From: the human T2T-CHM13v2.0 reference genome, Homo sapiens
Length of the DNA: 64,000 nucleotides
Assembly (NCBI RefSeq): GCF_009914755.1
Contig: NC_060928.1
Strand: one strand, 5' to 3'
Below the pieces are notes generated by a model. It was not told the origin of the DNA. It searched no databases and was given only the letters and a program-made list of their open reading frames with translations. Below, one piece after another: positions 31,831 to 47,904 of the stretch (positions within the stretch are counted from its first letter, which is position 1; each line of letters starts with the position of its first letter). A program made the translations under genes and the position numbers.

Positions 31831-33239
31831 TTTACATGGCCATTGTATAAGGCATTGTTAGTTATTTAATTCACAGAACTTCCTCCTTTTTTCTTCCAAT
31901 TCTCTGATAAGCCTTGAAAGAGTTAATCATGATCAGGCTAAGTCAATCATAGCGGTCTTGTTTCCTTTGCCATCTATTGGCATAAAGTGAGCATATGGTA
32001 CAGCCAATAAGAAATAAGGAGAAGCTAATGAGGACCTTTGTAGTTCTTCCTGGTTATAAAGGGGAAAAAGTGAGAATAGTTGTTTCTATCTACTCCAAAG
32101 AAACCAGCCACCTGCTCCTTTGTCTTCCTCACATAAATGTACTAGATAGCAACACTAATGACATGACTAACACCAAATATAGGAGAGTAAAGTTTATAAA
32201 TGCTCTCATCAATGGGGAAGATGGGCTTCATGAGCCAGAGGTTGGTGATGATGAGAAAATAGAAGAAACAGCAAGGTTAAAGGTGAAAATTATTTTTTAA
32301 TTAAAGAGAGGCTACATTTTGTATCTGTTCACCAAACTGGTTGGATATGAAATCTAATCGGCAGTCATAGGTGTTACCGAAAAGAAAATTTGTTTTCCTA
32401 AATTTGTCACAGCATGTCAAAAGGTCACTTAATTACATAACACACTCAGGGTATCTGAGATATTAGGAGAGGAGGGAGGGAACAGAGAGAAGCAAGGGGG
32501 AGGACTTTCATAAGCATCAGTTTATCAAAGTGTACTTATATCAAGCAGTTGTCACCTGAACACCACAAACTAATGGGCTCTTCTCATTACAATATTACAA
32601 GGAAAAATAACACTGCACTGACTTTTTGCTTCTTGCTTAGTCATTGTTACCTAAGTGTATAATACTGGAGACTATGGTGGTCCTCCTGTAGCAGTGATAG
32701 AGGAAGCCTGAATTCTTTCTACGAAAACTGAGTTGACATACAAACCTTGGATTCTGTACTTCTTGACTCCTTGTTACATAAAAAAAAAAAATTCTTAAAA
32801 TTTTGTTTTTATTTCTTACAACTAAGTTCATATCCACAAAATCATAAAAATTCTTGATTTCTTAATTTCTCTTATTCCTAAATAAAGAAGCAGCTTTGAA
32901 GACACCTATGGAGTTTCTTTTATTTGAAAATATTTGCTTAGTAACTACTATAACAAAACAAACACTTATTTAGACATAAATGTAGTCATCCACAAGAGAA
33001 ATAAGTCTTTTTTTTTTTTTTTTTTTTTTGCATTAAGGTAGAACCATTAGAGTTAAAGAAGAAGGAGGGATTCTAAAATTTAGCTAGAACACTTAGGTGA
33101 AATGGGTAAGATTGGTTAAGGATTAAGTTGAAGATACAGTAAAAAATTGCGGGCATGTAAATTTTATTATGACTTAGACATTCAAGTATAGCAATTATGC
33201 AGTAAGTTTTATATACAGTTGGAACATCAGGAGACATTA

Positions 33240-33305
33240 GAGATAGAAGAAAAATAGATATATAGATAGATACGTAGATAGATAGATAGATAAATAGATA
33301 GATAG
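33240..33305. repeat. Imperfect (GATA)n
   Basis: Visible tetranucleotide run. Confidence 0.85.
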
Positions 33306-35167
33306 TCAAAAGTACATAGGGGAAGTTAAATATAGGTGGAATGACCTAGGGAAAGAATGTAGATAGAAAAGAACAACGAAAACCAAAAGGGACTCAGGGA
33401 TGTTTCCTAAAATAGCCCAGAGTTTAAATTCTATTCAGAACCAGCAACTGTTGAAGAATATAGAGAAGCAATATCCAATGAGGAATACCAGTAATTTTTT
33501 CAAAGAGCTCAATTGTATTAAACACTGCTTAGTGGTTGCTTAAAATGAAGACAAAGCAACTTCTATTGATTTTAGCCATGAAAATGCTCTCTGTGACCTT
33601 GACAAGAATTCTAAAGCGTATGTTGAAAATTGTATTAGGTAATTTAAAATGTCATTGGTGGGGGAGAAAATCTCAGTATTTTTTCATGTGAAATATGTTC
33701 TCGCAGTAACTGAAAGAAGGGAAATGAGGCAGATGACCAAAAGAAGTACATGACCAAACACTCTATGTTTGTGTGCGCCAATAACAGCTGGAGTATAGTT
33801 CATAAGTAATTAAGAGAGGATGAGCGCTATAGCAAATATAAAAGAAATGGCCTTTGATAATAACTAATCACACAGAACAATTTTACATGGTAAAATTAGA
33901 TGAAGGATTCAGGACCACATATAAGTATGACTATTCGGTTGGTGATAGAATATTTAGAGAGGTAATATTGATTGAGATCCAGTTTCAAAATGAGTTTTGA
34001 GTCAAGGTTACACACTATAAGTGAAGATTGGAGAAGGCATAGGTGGTTTGAGGAGATACTTGAATATACAAAATAATTATGTGAGATCAAAATAAAACAA
34101 ATTTAATGGAGAAAAAGTTGGACTACTTGATAGCATTACCCACTTTACGTTTATCTTTTTGCATTTAAAGATGAATCCAGCCAGTTCAATGCATGCTTTT
34201 TCCGTAGCAACTTTAGGAGAGTAAATATGTGGGTTCAACATTTGTTGGGATTCTATATAAGTGTGGAAGTAAAAAGCAAAAGAGTAATGATCACTTTGAA
34301 AATCTCATATTGTCGGAAGTTTGGAAGTTTTAATCTGGTGAAGGATCTGCTAGAATATTGTTCCTCACATAAATTAACTAGAACAGAAGAAGAGATACTA
34401 AAATTTCTGAAGTTACAAGAAAGCAATGCTTTGAAAAAGGCAGAGTTATTGGGCATAACAAGTTCCAGATTGTGAACTTGTATGTAGCTTCTTGCTATAG
34501 ACACCATTGTTTTTTGCTCATTGAAATTTTATTTTTAGCTTGTAGTCGTTCACCCTTTCATTCAATTATCATCGTTAATTTGAACAGATAATTTGGAAAG
34601 ACTGTTGAAGCACAAAATGTATTGTCTTGTTAATTTTGTTAACAATTGAATCTACAAGGAGAGTGGATTTTCATAAATAGCTATGACAGTTGCATAGTTG
34701 AAATCATGAATTCTTCATTCAGAAAATATTCTCCAAAGTGAAGATATAATACTTGTTCCTTATTTTCATAAGTCTTTGCTTTAAAAAACAACTCTATTCA
34801 AACCATTACTAATATGAATAACATCCATCCATCCAGTTTAACTTCCTATAGCTTTTATCAGGGCCATTTAGTAAAATTGAGAAAAGAGAAAATACCTAGA
34901 CTGTGAAAAATCATAATCTTACACAAACGCTGCAATTTTATAATTTCCAAAATACTCCAAGATAGTATATAAAACTTACTGCATAATCTCCTTGTAGATA
35001 CAATTGTTAATAAAACTAACAAGACAAAATACATTTTGTATACACAAGACAAATGCTTCTAGAGCCATCTAAATTATACAGCCTGTGTTTCCTTTTTGAA
35101 GTCAAAACAGGTTCTATGATCTCTCTTAGTATATCACTATGTCGTGGATGATAAAGCAGTTGATCAT

Positions 35168-36299
<1,132 letters not shown>

Positions 36300-37180
36300 A
36301 AGTAACAACATTAGAAAAAATAAAAAAACAAAAATAATTAATAAAAACTCCTAGTTATATGACCTAATAAAATAATCATTAGAAGCACGTTCTTCTAGCT
36401 CTTCTTCTATGTATTTGTAACTATATATGTAAATGCATATGATAGTCACCTTATGGCATGTATAATTTTCATCCTGTGATTTACTGAATAATTAACTATG
36501 CTATGAATTATTAGTGCAATGGGTTACCCAGTTGAGTGATTTAAAAAATGTCTTAATATCTATTAATTCGTTTGTTTTAATAGCCACATGGTGAATTTCT
36601 GGAGCTTGTGGACATTTTACAATTTTGGGGATGGTAGATGTCAATTCTTAAGAATGACTTTCTTTTGGAAAAGATAGCAGAATTGACTCTGTCTCATAAG
36701 TTTTATAGAGCAAAATATCAAGTCCAACGACTTTTTACAAAGAAAATAGTCATTGTATATCTAAATGCAAAAACTTCAAACTAAGATGGTATTATGCTAA
36801 GTCGTGTAAATTAGATTGTTCTCAGCCTACACATGGAAAGAATTAGAATATTTACATCAATTTTTAAAATCAATTCAGATTTTCACTACTTCGCTAGTGT
36901 TCATTGTCAACCACAAGTGTCATTCAAATTTGAATTATTCAGAATTTTAGAATACTTAATGATGATTAGGTGGGGCAAAGGTTACCCTCTGAAAAAAACC
37001 CATATATGTGGCAGTCATTTCCAGATGGAAATAAGCAGGTCTTAAATTGGGTCTTGCACAGTAGGTTTATCTCTTTTGCATACAGACCATTGCACACACT
37101 TTGAACGTTTCCTTTGCTATGTGGGCTTCTTCTAGGACCATAAAATTTTCATATTATGTTTACAAATTGTGAATTACTTG

Positions 37181-37488
<308 letters not shown>

Positions 37489-40400
37489 TTACTTGCTCAT
37501 GACACGTATTTTGTTTTTAGTACTGAGGCTAGTTAAGTAAAGCTTTGGTAAAGGTTCGCAGTGTTTTGAGGAGTTTAAAGAGAGCTATATGTATATATGA
37601 TGGGAGAAAGTATATGAAAGCATCCTAAAACATTCTGGGTCCTCTAGGTCAGCAAAGGAGAGAGAAGTAGCAGAGGCAGCAAATGATGACCAACATGACT
37701 GTTTCTCAAGCATGTAAGCATAAAACCCAGACTCAATAAAGAAGTTTTACAAAAATCCTAAAAGTATTCTTACACCTTCACAGGATGACTACACCCCTAA
37801 GCATCAACCAAATCCATTTTTCATTTTGTATCTCTCTCTCCTGAGATATTTTTCATGGGATTTTTTTTTGTCATAGAAATAAATAGCAAAATATAATTTG
37901 CTTTAGAGAAAATTGCAGTATAGACAGCTTTCACAGAACTAATCTACTTATTACTTTGAACAAAACTACTTGGGTTTATACATTCTAAACATCATGATTT
38001 TTTAAAATTTAGTCTAAAATTTATAATATTATAAAGCATTATAGCCTTTGATTCTTTGAAATAATAAAATGCTTTCATCAGAACCTTTAAATAATAACAT
38101 TAGTTACAATTAGTATTTTAGTTCTCCATCAATAATTGCTTAGTTTTTCTCCTTAGCAAATACTCATACAATTATAACTGAATAGTAGTCCAAATATTTT
38201 TAAAAAATGAGTTTCCTTCAAATGTCTGGAATCATATCTACATCACCTTTCTTGGCTGTTAAAAAAACACACTTCTCTTTAAGATATATTCAAAATCTCT
38301 TCTTCTATGATTCAGCCATTTCTTTAATTTCAACAAGTTTTAATGACATACTTACCAACTCTTCAGCCTAGTATTGGCTAAAACACAAAAGAAATATGAA
38401 ATGATATATTCCCTTCATAAAAGGTTAGAAACCTTTAAATATGGAGTAAAAAAAATTACAGAGGATTGTCAGTAATTATTTGCCCGATCGAAATTAGTCA
38501 TTACAAATGCAAATTTTTAAAATGAGAATCCCCAACTACTTTATTTTTTAAGACCAAGTTATAGTCAGTTCTGTAATATTACCTTTAAAAACTCTTTCCA
38601 AAGCAAGGTAAAATAAAATCTATAGTCTTTCCAATTCTTTTTAAGTGGAAGCCATTTCTTTCTTTTTGTCAACATTCACTAAGTGCCTGAAAGATGGGTC
38701 CCCTGTCTAAATTCTACCCCAACATTATAGAATGTAATAGTTTCAGTTCCTCTGAAGGTCAGATAAAGCATTTGTTCAACTTCTTCCAAGCCTTTTGGAA
38801 CTAGCTCACCATAATAAAATTTATTTTTTGATGTTTTGGTGCCAAGAAACATGCAGTGTATTTTTATGAATTCTCTTGCATAATTTGTAGGAAAATAATA
38901 AGTTATATTCCCCAATTTTAAAGCCAAGCACTTAAAACTATTTGGCTATTTGCCAAATGTCACAACACAAGTTAGAAAAAGAAGCAACATTGGGCTCTAG
39001 TACTATCTGATTGCAGAGCATGTACTCTAAAAAATTGTTCTATTCCATACCTTTCCTCAGTCTTTCAGCATCATTAAGCACTAACATCTACACACAGCTT
39101 TAAAGTATCACAAATAGGCTTTCTGTTGAGAAACAAATTCCTACAAAATCATGGTGTCCTTGTCATGTGTCTCAGCTGGTAGCAGTCTCATCTTGGTGGC
39201 TCTTTTCTCAACTGAGTTTTTTATGAGCTCAGATGCTTGGCTCAGCTTCTGCATATTCCTCAGCATTCCACTAATGCCTTCCAGACACTCAGATTCATGG
39301 GTGAAAAGTCTAGGTTACAAATATTCTATCCACACTCCTCAAGAAGTCTGATACACCCATGTCCCAACATAATCTTTTGATGAATGCAGTTAAATAAATA
39401 CCAAAGAGTAATTTATTTACATCTGGAACAGCAAACGTTTCAGTCACATTCATTTAATCGATTTGTTATTTCATTGAAAATACTCTAGGCTGTGAAACTG
39501 TGCAGAGGCTTGCCTAACATTGTCTTGCAAATGCCAAAATTAAAAGCTTAGTGCTCAGGGAGAGAAAAGGATAGTAATAATAACCTCCACACCAGCAAGA
39601 AAAACCCTGTTTCTTGGCTGACTTTCTGATTTACATTCCGAATTCCCCACTGTCCATCAGCTAAAATCTCAGTAGCTATATTTTTGCACTGTCGGAGAAT
39701 AATTTAAAATGTTTTCTGCTTACATGGACACGGGGCTCTCACTCTTATAAGCCTACAATTTACATCTTTTAAGATTTAAATACATGACCGATTGCAGCAG
39801 GGGAAATGATGTGAACTTCACAACATTCTGCAAACTGCTCTGAGCCTAGAAAGAGGGGTGAAAGGCTCAATCTTTATTTGATCTTAAGATTTTGCTGTGT
39901 CAGTGAAAAATAATGTGGTAGGGGACAGGACACTCAATCTGCTGCTGGCCAGCATATTGATTATATAAGCTGTCATGTGCTATCTGGATAAAGAAATATT
40001 TTGCCATCACAGTTGGAGTTGGATATAGCAGATTTGTTGAGAAGCAAATTCAATATATTAGAGGATTTACTCCATTCTTGTTCTTTACAAAATATATCCC
40101 CCACCTACAATTATGCAATGTTGTTTCAGCAGAGAGGGTGAGTTTTGAGGAATTTACATCTTAACGTATTCCTGGTTATAACTTTATTTTTCAATTTTTA
40201 GTCAAGTCATATACCATTTACAGATACATCTTGGGAAAAAAAAGGTAGAGTTTCATTGCTTAAAGGATGCTTGCGAGCATCATTAACTTATTTTCTAGTA
40301 AGATAACAGGGGTATTAAGAAGCACAGCTAGTTAGTGGGAGGGCAGAAACTAGATCTTATTTTTCTCATTTGAGGCCATTCATTGACAACTCAAGGCAGC

Positions 40401-40569
40401 AGGTAACATTTGAGAACTGAAGAGCTTTTTATGTGTTGTCTTATTCACTATTATCATTTACTCCACTTGAAGTTTAGTAGCTATCCCTGCAAGAGTGAAA
40501 TATTTCTATTTTTTAAATCAAGCAGTCTGATAGAGACTATTCATCATAAAAAATTCATGAGTAATTTCT

Positions 40570-40735
40570 GTTTTTTTAATTGCTGTGACTCATTTCCTTA
40601 TTTTTCAATTGCATTGACACTAATATCTGCCTCACAGGTTTGTTTAAGGGAATATTAGAATGAAGATGTGTAAAGCAGTTGGAACAATACCTGGACATAG
40701 GGTAAGTGCTACATATACGTATTTGTTATTGTTAG
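40570..40735 (+). mobile_element. MIR SINE
   Basis: TCTGCCTCACAGG...TGTAAAGCAGTTGGAACAATACCTGGACATAG. Confidence 0.7.
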
Positions 40736-41865
40736 AGTGTTCTTATTCTAGAAAATAGAGCTTAACCAGTTGAAACATGATTTTATTAATGTAACTTAAA
40801 ACCAAAAAGTTTCCTGCATGAATCAGATGGCTAGTGTTTCAGTTTGGAAGGAAGCAAAGTGTCCCAAAAATATAAGTAAATGTTTAGATGGTGGCTTATA
40901 TAACAACAACAAAAAAAATAGCCTCAACTGTGATTCAGTTGAAAGGCTGAGAGAATAATGAAATAGAGAAGCCACTTCTATGATTTTCATTCTTGTTTGT
41001 CAATGAGTCTATGCTTCCAGATCCTAAAATTTTATGTAATATTACTTTTAATTGTTTGGAGGGGGAGGAAAGGGGCAAGAAAAACATGAAAAACAATCTT
41101 CATTAAATTCATTGAATTGCATGTTGCAGATATTTTTATGGAATATTGGCATCCTGAAAGTAATACTTAAATAATTTCCCAGCATGGTATAATCTATGCC
41201 TGCACATATTTTGCATAAGTTATTACCTTCTACCAAGGAAGGAAAATGAGAATTGTTTAAAATGGGATATGCTTGATAGTGAATCAAATTTCCCTAGTAT
41301 GTAAATTACTTCCTGGGAGTGAATAAGGCACATTGGGAGCAATTTAATAAATGATACCCTGGAGGTCTGAATGGATTAATGAAGCTGATTATCCTTTTCC
41401 TGCAGAAGGAGAAAACTGTCACTCTGCAGTTAGCCTAAATGAGCTCTCCATAGTGTCACTTGAAGGTATTTTTGCATGGAGAAAGGAGATAAATATAGGT
41501 GCCCCATTTAATTCTTCTTGGGGTAGAGCAACTTTACATGATTACTTTCTTTCTCTCTCGGTATGGTGTCATTAGCAAAGAAGGATATAGTCTTCTTGGA
41601 GAAAGAGTGAACTGGTTCTGTTAAAATAAAACACATCTACCGTGTTGGTGTGGAGCCTTGTCCAAGGTGAATGTCATAGTCTTTCTCTCCTAAATACGAT
41701 GCTGATGGCTGCACCTGGCCTCCTCTGTGGTGCTTCACAGGTGTTTTTCTATAAAGCACTTCATGGAGAAGGCTTAGTGCTCTTTACACAGCCACTAACA
41801 ACAGGTGAGGTGCTTATAAGTCTCAATCAGAAAACAGAGTCTTACCCTTGTATTCAAAACAACTC

Positions 41866-42874
41866 TATTAGTTATCTACTGTTGTGTGACAAAGTATCAC
41901 AAATTTAGAGGCTTAAAACAACACAAATGTATGACATCACTCTTTTAGTCAGTTTGGGCTGCTATAACAGGAATCCCATAGACTGGGTGGCTTAAACAAT
42001 AGGAAATTATTTCTCACAGTTCTGGAGGCTGAAAAGTCAAAAATCAAGGTGCCGGCCAACTCGGGTCCTGCTGAGGGCCCTCCTTCTTGTTTGCAGATTG
42101 CTGCCTTCTTGGTATATCCTCACATGGCAGAGAGAGAGAAAGAGGGAGATTGGGTCTCTTCATCTCCTTATAAGGACACCGATTCCATCATGGAGACCCC
42201 ATCTTCGGGACTTCACCTAAACCTAAGTACCTCCCGAAGGCTCTACCTCCTAATGCTATCTCACTGGGGGGTAGAATTTCAACATACACATTTGGGGGAG
42301 ACATAAATATGGAGTTCATAGCACTCACACTTTCCTCGGATCAGAAGTCTGGGCACAGGTTTGCTGGCTCCACTGCTCAGGGTCTCACAAGCTGAAATCA
42401 AGGTATCAGCGGGAGCCTCAGTATTATCTGAGTCTTAGCTTTCTCTTCCAAGCACATTCAGAATAATTGTTGGCAAAATTATTTTCCTTGAGGATGTAGG
42501 ACTGAGTTCCTTCCTTGCTTGCTAGTTGTTGGCCAAGGATATCTTTAGTTTCAGAACCAAACGTGTTTCTAGAGACCATCCTCACGTCCTAGCCATGTGG
42601 TCCATAGTATCCGGCTCCATCAAAGGAAGGGGTTCCTCATTTTAAGGGCTCGCTGATTAGGTTTAGTCCACTCAGGATACTTCCTTATTTGCATAACTCA
42701 AAGTCAATAAATTAATGACTCCAATTACATCTGCAAAATCTCATTTGGTATATAAGGTAACATAATCACAGAAGTGCTTTCTCATTATATTCATAGGACC
42801 TGCACACTCTCAAAAGAAGAGGATTAAACAGAACGTGAATCATTGGGAGTTACAGTTGAATCCCGTGTACCATA
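41866..42874 (-). mobile_element. MLT1D/E-like LTR hosting an MLT1A
   Basis: TATTAGTTATCTACTG...GGCTTAAAACAACAC, resumes CTCACAC...TCAGAAGTCTGGGCACAG, AATTACATCTGCAAAAT. Confidence 0.8.
41941..42323 (-). mobile_element. MLT1A-like LTR nested in MLT1
   Basis: TTAGTCAGTTTGGGCTGCTATAACA...TTCATAGCA; TSD ATCAC/CTCAC. Confidence 0.87.
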
Positions 42875-43210
42875 GAATATACTATTTTTCTCCTCTGAGT
42901 TTACACGTGCAGAAGTATATGTGTGCACATACATTCACACACACATATGATATGGAATACATATATTAAAGTTTGGGACTTACAAAACAAAATTTTCCAT
43001 GCTGCCAATTAAATTCTTTCCTAGGCAGTATGACATTTTTAAAAAAATCAATAGATATATGTACCTGTTCCAAAAAAGAAACAAACTGACTTGCATCTAA
43101 GAAGAATATAGTAGTATTATCTCAACATTTAAATATTGCAGTGCCAATAATATTTAGTGCTATAATAAAGTGAAAAAAGTATTTATTTACAGCGAAGACA
43201 GATTAATTTC

Positions 43211-43481
<271 letters not shown>

Positions 43482-44964
43482 GATTCATTTCAAGGGATTT
43501 GCAGAAGAAAGAGTAAAACTTAGACACCAGGTGGTGGAAGACAAACTAAGGAGCCAGGCTGTCAAAGTTGTCAAAAGATTTTAATGGTGATTTAGAGTGG
43601 ATATTTATAACTTTTCAGATTCTTTATCAAATTAATCATTGTTTATTTAACCAGTATGATTGAGCACTGAAAAGAAATGAGGTGCTATATTTGTTAGTGC
43701 CGAATATATACCCAAAACATGTGGTTAAGCAGGCCATTGTGTTAACTCACGTAATACCTACAACAACCCTAAATGGAGAATAATCATAAGAGGATTAGTT
43801 ATTGGACAAAAAAGAGAGAAAAAAGCTAGAGCCTTCCTTAAAGATCTTGTCCTTGAGATGAAGTCTAAGGCTGTGTGGAAATTATTAAGCTAACGAAGAT
43901 GAGATAGAGAAATTATATATATAAGACAACCAGGCACTAGAGTGTAGGGCACATTTGGGAACTACAACTTGCTCAATATTACCAGGACATGACTGTAGGT
44001 TTAAGAGAGTCCTACAAGAAAATATGACAACTAAATTGCAGAAAGGTGCTCCTTTCCCCTGGGCTGTCCCTGACCAGGATACAGGACTTGGCAAGTAGAG
44101 TGCAGGCACAATTTCAGGCCCAGTTTATCCTGACACCAGGATGCTCAGAAGGATCAGTCATAAGTTTATCTAAATTTATCTTCCCAGATCTTCTGATCTG
44201 GGTCATAAGAGAGGTAAAGGAATTCAGAAATTAAGCTCAATGGAATCAAATGAGTTAAAAGCTGATTATGCTCTATGATAAGGAGCTATGTGTACCAAGA
44301 TGCCAAAGTTCATTCTAAAGAGAGGTACACATACTACAAAAATATATCATAAGTATGTGGATGTTAGAATAATACCTATGTTCTGCTTCTCAAATGGGCT
44401 CCTGCGATGGATCAACAATTTTGTCAAGAACTTTGAGCCACCTTAACATAGAAGAGTAGATTAGAAGGAGCAGCACCTTGCATGAGGCAATTTTATAGGG
44501 CTGATTTCATCTTACAGAGTCTCAGTAAGTCCCAGTTTAAATTTTCTGTGCTTGAGAGGTATAAACATGACCTTGAGAACCATCAAAGAGGCATATGCAT
44601 AAAGGAAACTTGTAGCCAGAATAAGTGTAGATTTGCCAAACAAATAAAATGGACTATCAAGCCTGTTGATGTCAACATGGATAGATGACCAGAATTAACA
44701 CTGTGTTATCCTCTCTGTCCCATCCCATGAAGAAAAATAAGTCCCTGGAACTTAGATTCAACCTTCAAGAAAAGACAAGTAGAGGAATTTTAAGTTGGAT
44801 TTATTATAAAAATTGAGTTTCATGTGGAAACTAAAAAGATAAAATAAAGTAAATAGAACATAAATATTAATGCTATGGAATTGCAATGAATTAACTAAGG
44901 CCCTACATATATTGAAAAGTGTAAATAGAAACTGAGCTCTGCTGAACTCATGACTTAATGATTT

Positions 44965-45409
44965 ACTGGATTTAAATAAAATACAAGTTCCTTAGTATTC
45001 ACACATTATCTTTTAAAAATTTGCTTGTGTCTAATAACACAGTTCATTACTTGAACTCTCTTGCCAGTCCTAAAGTCTTCTGTAACAAATCTTATGTCTG
45101 GAAAATCTATAACATTGATGATTTTTGTATACAAATGGGTTAAAATCATATAAAAATATCAATAACACAGAATATATGAAAATCATCAATTATATAGTAT
45201 ATAAAAATCACCTATGATATGGTATATAAGATCATCAATGATATAGTATATAAAAATCATTAATGATATAATTTTTCTAGACATGAGATTTGTGATAGTA
45301 GAATTTAGGACAGGCAAGAGAGCTCAAGTGATAAACTTACTAGATACTGGCTAATTATCAAAAGATAGTGTGTGAATACTAAGGAATTGGTATTTTATTT
45401 AAATACAGT
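44965..45409. repeat. Long inverted repeat (about 165 bp arms) with tandem-repeat spacer
   Basis: 44965-45132 is the reverse complement of 45246-45409; spacer contains ~25 bp units. Confidence 0.92.
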
Positions 45410-47000
45410 TATATCTAATAGTTTTAAGCAAAGAATCAGATTTAGATTTTAAAAATATTCTATGGCTGCAGTAAAGATGATGTGCTGGAGGATATTTGGA
45501 TGGAAGACAAAAAGCCTTTATTAATGGATTCATGTTAATCCTTTGGTTCAGATGATTCAGAATGAAAATCAAAATAAATAATATCTTTTTTTTTCTTTTT
45601 TTTTTTTTTAATTATACTTTAAGTTTTAGGGTACATGTGCACATTGTGCAGGTTAGTTACATATGTATACATGTGCCATGCTGGTGCGCTGCACCCACTA
45701 ACTCGTCATCTAGCATTAGGTATGTCTCCCAATGCTATCCCTCCCCCCTCCCCCCCTCCCCACCACAGTCCCCAGAGTGTGATATTCCCCTTCCTGTGTC
45801 CATGTGATCTCATTGTTCAATTCCCACCTATGAGTGAGAATATGCAGTGTTTGGTTTTTTGTTCTTGCGATAGTTTACTGAGAATGATGGTTTCCAATTT
45901 CATCCATGTCCCTACAAAGGACATGAACTCATCATTTTTTATGGCTGCATAGTATTCCATGGTGTATATGTGCCACATTTTCTTAATCCAGTCTATCATT
46001 GGTGGACATTTGGGTTGGTTCCAAGTCTTTGCTATTGTGAATAATGCCGCAATAAACATACGTGTGCATGTGTCTTTATAGCAGCATGATTTATAGTCAT
46101 TTGGGTATATACCCAGTAATGGGATGGCTGGGTCAAATGGTATTTCTAGTTCTAGATCCCTGAGGAATCGCCACACTGACTTCCACAATGGTTGAACTAG
46201 TTTACAGTCCCATCAACAGTGTAAAAGTGTTCCACTATGAGATAGCATCTCACACCAGTTAGAATGGCAATCATTAAAAAGTCAGGAAACAACAGGTGCT
46301 GGAGAGGATGTGGAGAAATAATATCTTTTTTAACCTTTTTATACATAAATAATTATGGTGACTGAGAGAAAAAGAACAATCAAGAAAGAAGATCCTCAGG
46401 TCATATAAGTTAGATTGAAAATAATGTCTTTTGTTCAAATAAGAAAGGTAGGCAGGAACCAGCAGTGGTGATGAAAATGGTGGCTCTGTGTATTTGTGGG
46501 CCATACAAATCAGAAAGGTGAATGTTCCTGGAGCTCCAGAGAAATCTAGAGGAAGATAAGAGTTGGCTTATCAGCATAGAGGTGGTAGGTGAGGACAGGG
46601 GATGAAATAACACACAAAATATATAAAGGTAAGTAGAAGTTGAATATGGAATTCTAAGTGATTGGGAGATTAAAAAAAAATGACACACAGAAAAGAGTGA
46701 ACCAGGTCACATAGAAAAACATTGCTTTCTTCAAAGACAAGAAAGGAGACAGTTTGAAGAAGAAAAGGCAAGATCAGCAGTGTAAAATGTCAAAAAGAGT
46801 TCAAATATAATAAGGACTAAAATGTGTCTATTAGATTAAGCAAAGAATAAGACAGTGATGACCTTTGTGAAAAATTCAAGAAAATGGTAAGGGCAGAAGT
46901 TAAATTGTAAGAACCTGAGAAATGGATATGAGGGAAGACCTCAGTCTTTCAATAATGTTTATCATGAAAAGAAGGAAGGTTGAATGGTAGCTAGAAACGC
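45300..47000 (-). mobile_element. Degenerate L2 segment interrupted by L1PA2
   Basis: GTTTTAAGCA...TCAGATTT...CTATGGCTGCAG; AATAAGGACTAAAATGTGTCTATTAGATT...GTGATGACCTT. Confidence 0.6.
45592..46315 (-). mobile_element. L1PA2-like 5'-truncated and 5'-inverted insertion
   Basis: CACATTGTGCAGGTTAG and CACTAACTCGTCATC (GAG allele, not Ta); inversion junction at about 46233; TSD AAATAATATCTTTTTT. Confidence 0.95.
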
Positions 47001-47024
47001 AGGGTGGTCATAGTGTAGAGCTTG

Positions 47025-47280
47025 TACTCTTAGTGAGGACAGTATCACCCCCATGGGCAAAATTAGGTTTTGTTTTTTTTTTTTTTGGTAGGTGGGCATG
47101 AAAAAAGTCTTACTTTTTAATGAGCAAAGCACTGAGATACGTGTAATATATAAACAGACAATGTATATCTGTGATATTAAAATTTCAGGTGATGAAATTC
47201 GGCAAAAATCACTAAAAAGTTTCCTTAAAAGGACAATGTTAATAACTTTTAAATTTTTGAGGGAAACTAATGTAAACTAG
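47025..47280. mobile_element. hAT-Charlie MITE (MER112-like)
   Basis: TATCACCCCC...GGGCAAAATT...GTATATCTGTGATATTAAAATTTCA; subfamily recalled from memory. Confidence 0.55.
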
Positions 47281-47410
47281 CAGTGTTTGCTGAAAAAAAA
47301 AGATAGTATTGAAAGATAGAAGATAAAGAAGACTATTTATAATTAATAAAAAAGATAATAAAAAGCAGACAGTCAAAAGGATCCAGATGAAAAGAAAAAG
47401 ATTAACCTTA

Positions 47411-47735
<325 letters not shown>

Positions 47736-47904
47736 TCAATGATAATATTTTCTTTGAAAGGGGGAAATGGGTAGGAATGGAAAGAAATACACATTTCATA
47801 AATCAGAGTGTTCTGTTTATGACTTGTATCACCATGTTCCAAAGAAATGAAGTCATTTGGGAAGAGTAAAAGATTAAGAGATTAGAGAAAACAGATGAAG
47901 TTAA

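Noticed and set aside
31995-32300. 101 aa ORF
   Set aside because: No recognisable motif; probably overlaps a decayed MaLR LTR and is of chance length
33008-33029. Isolated poly-T run as a tail-only retroinsertion
   Set aside because: No clear TSD
45133-45270. CRISPR-like array of 25 bp repeats
   Set aside because: Repeats are head-to-tail without unique spacers, there are no cas genes and the context is eukaryotic
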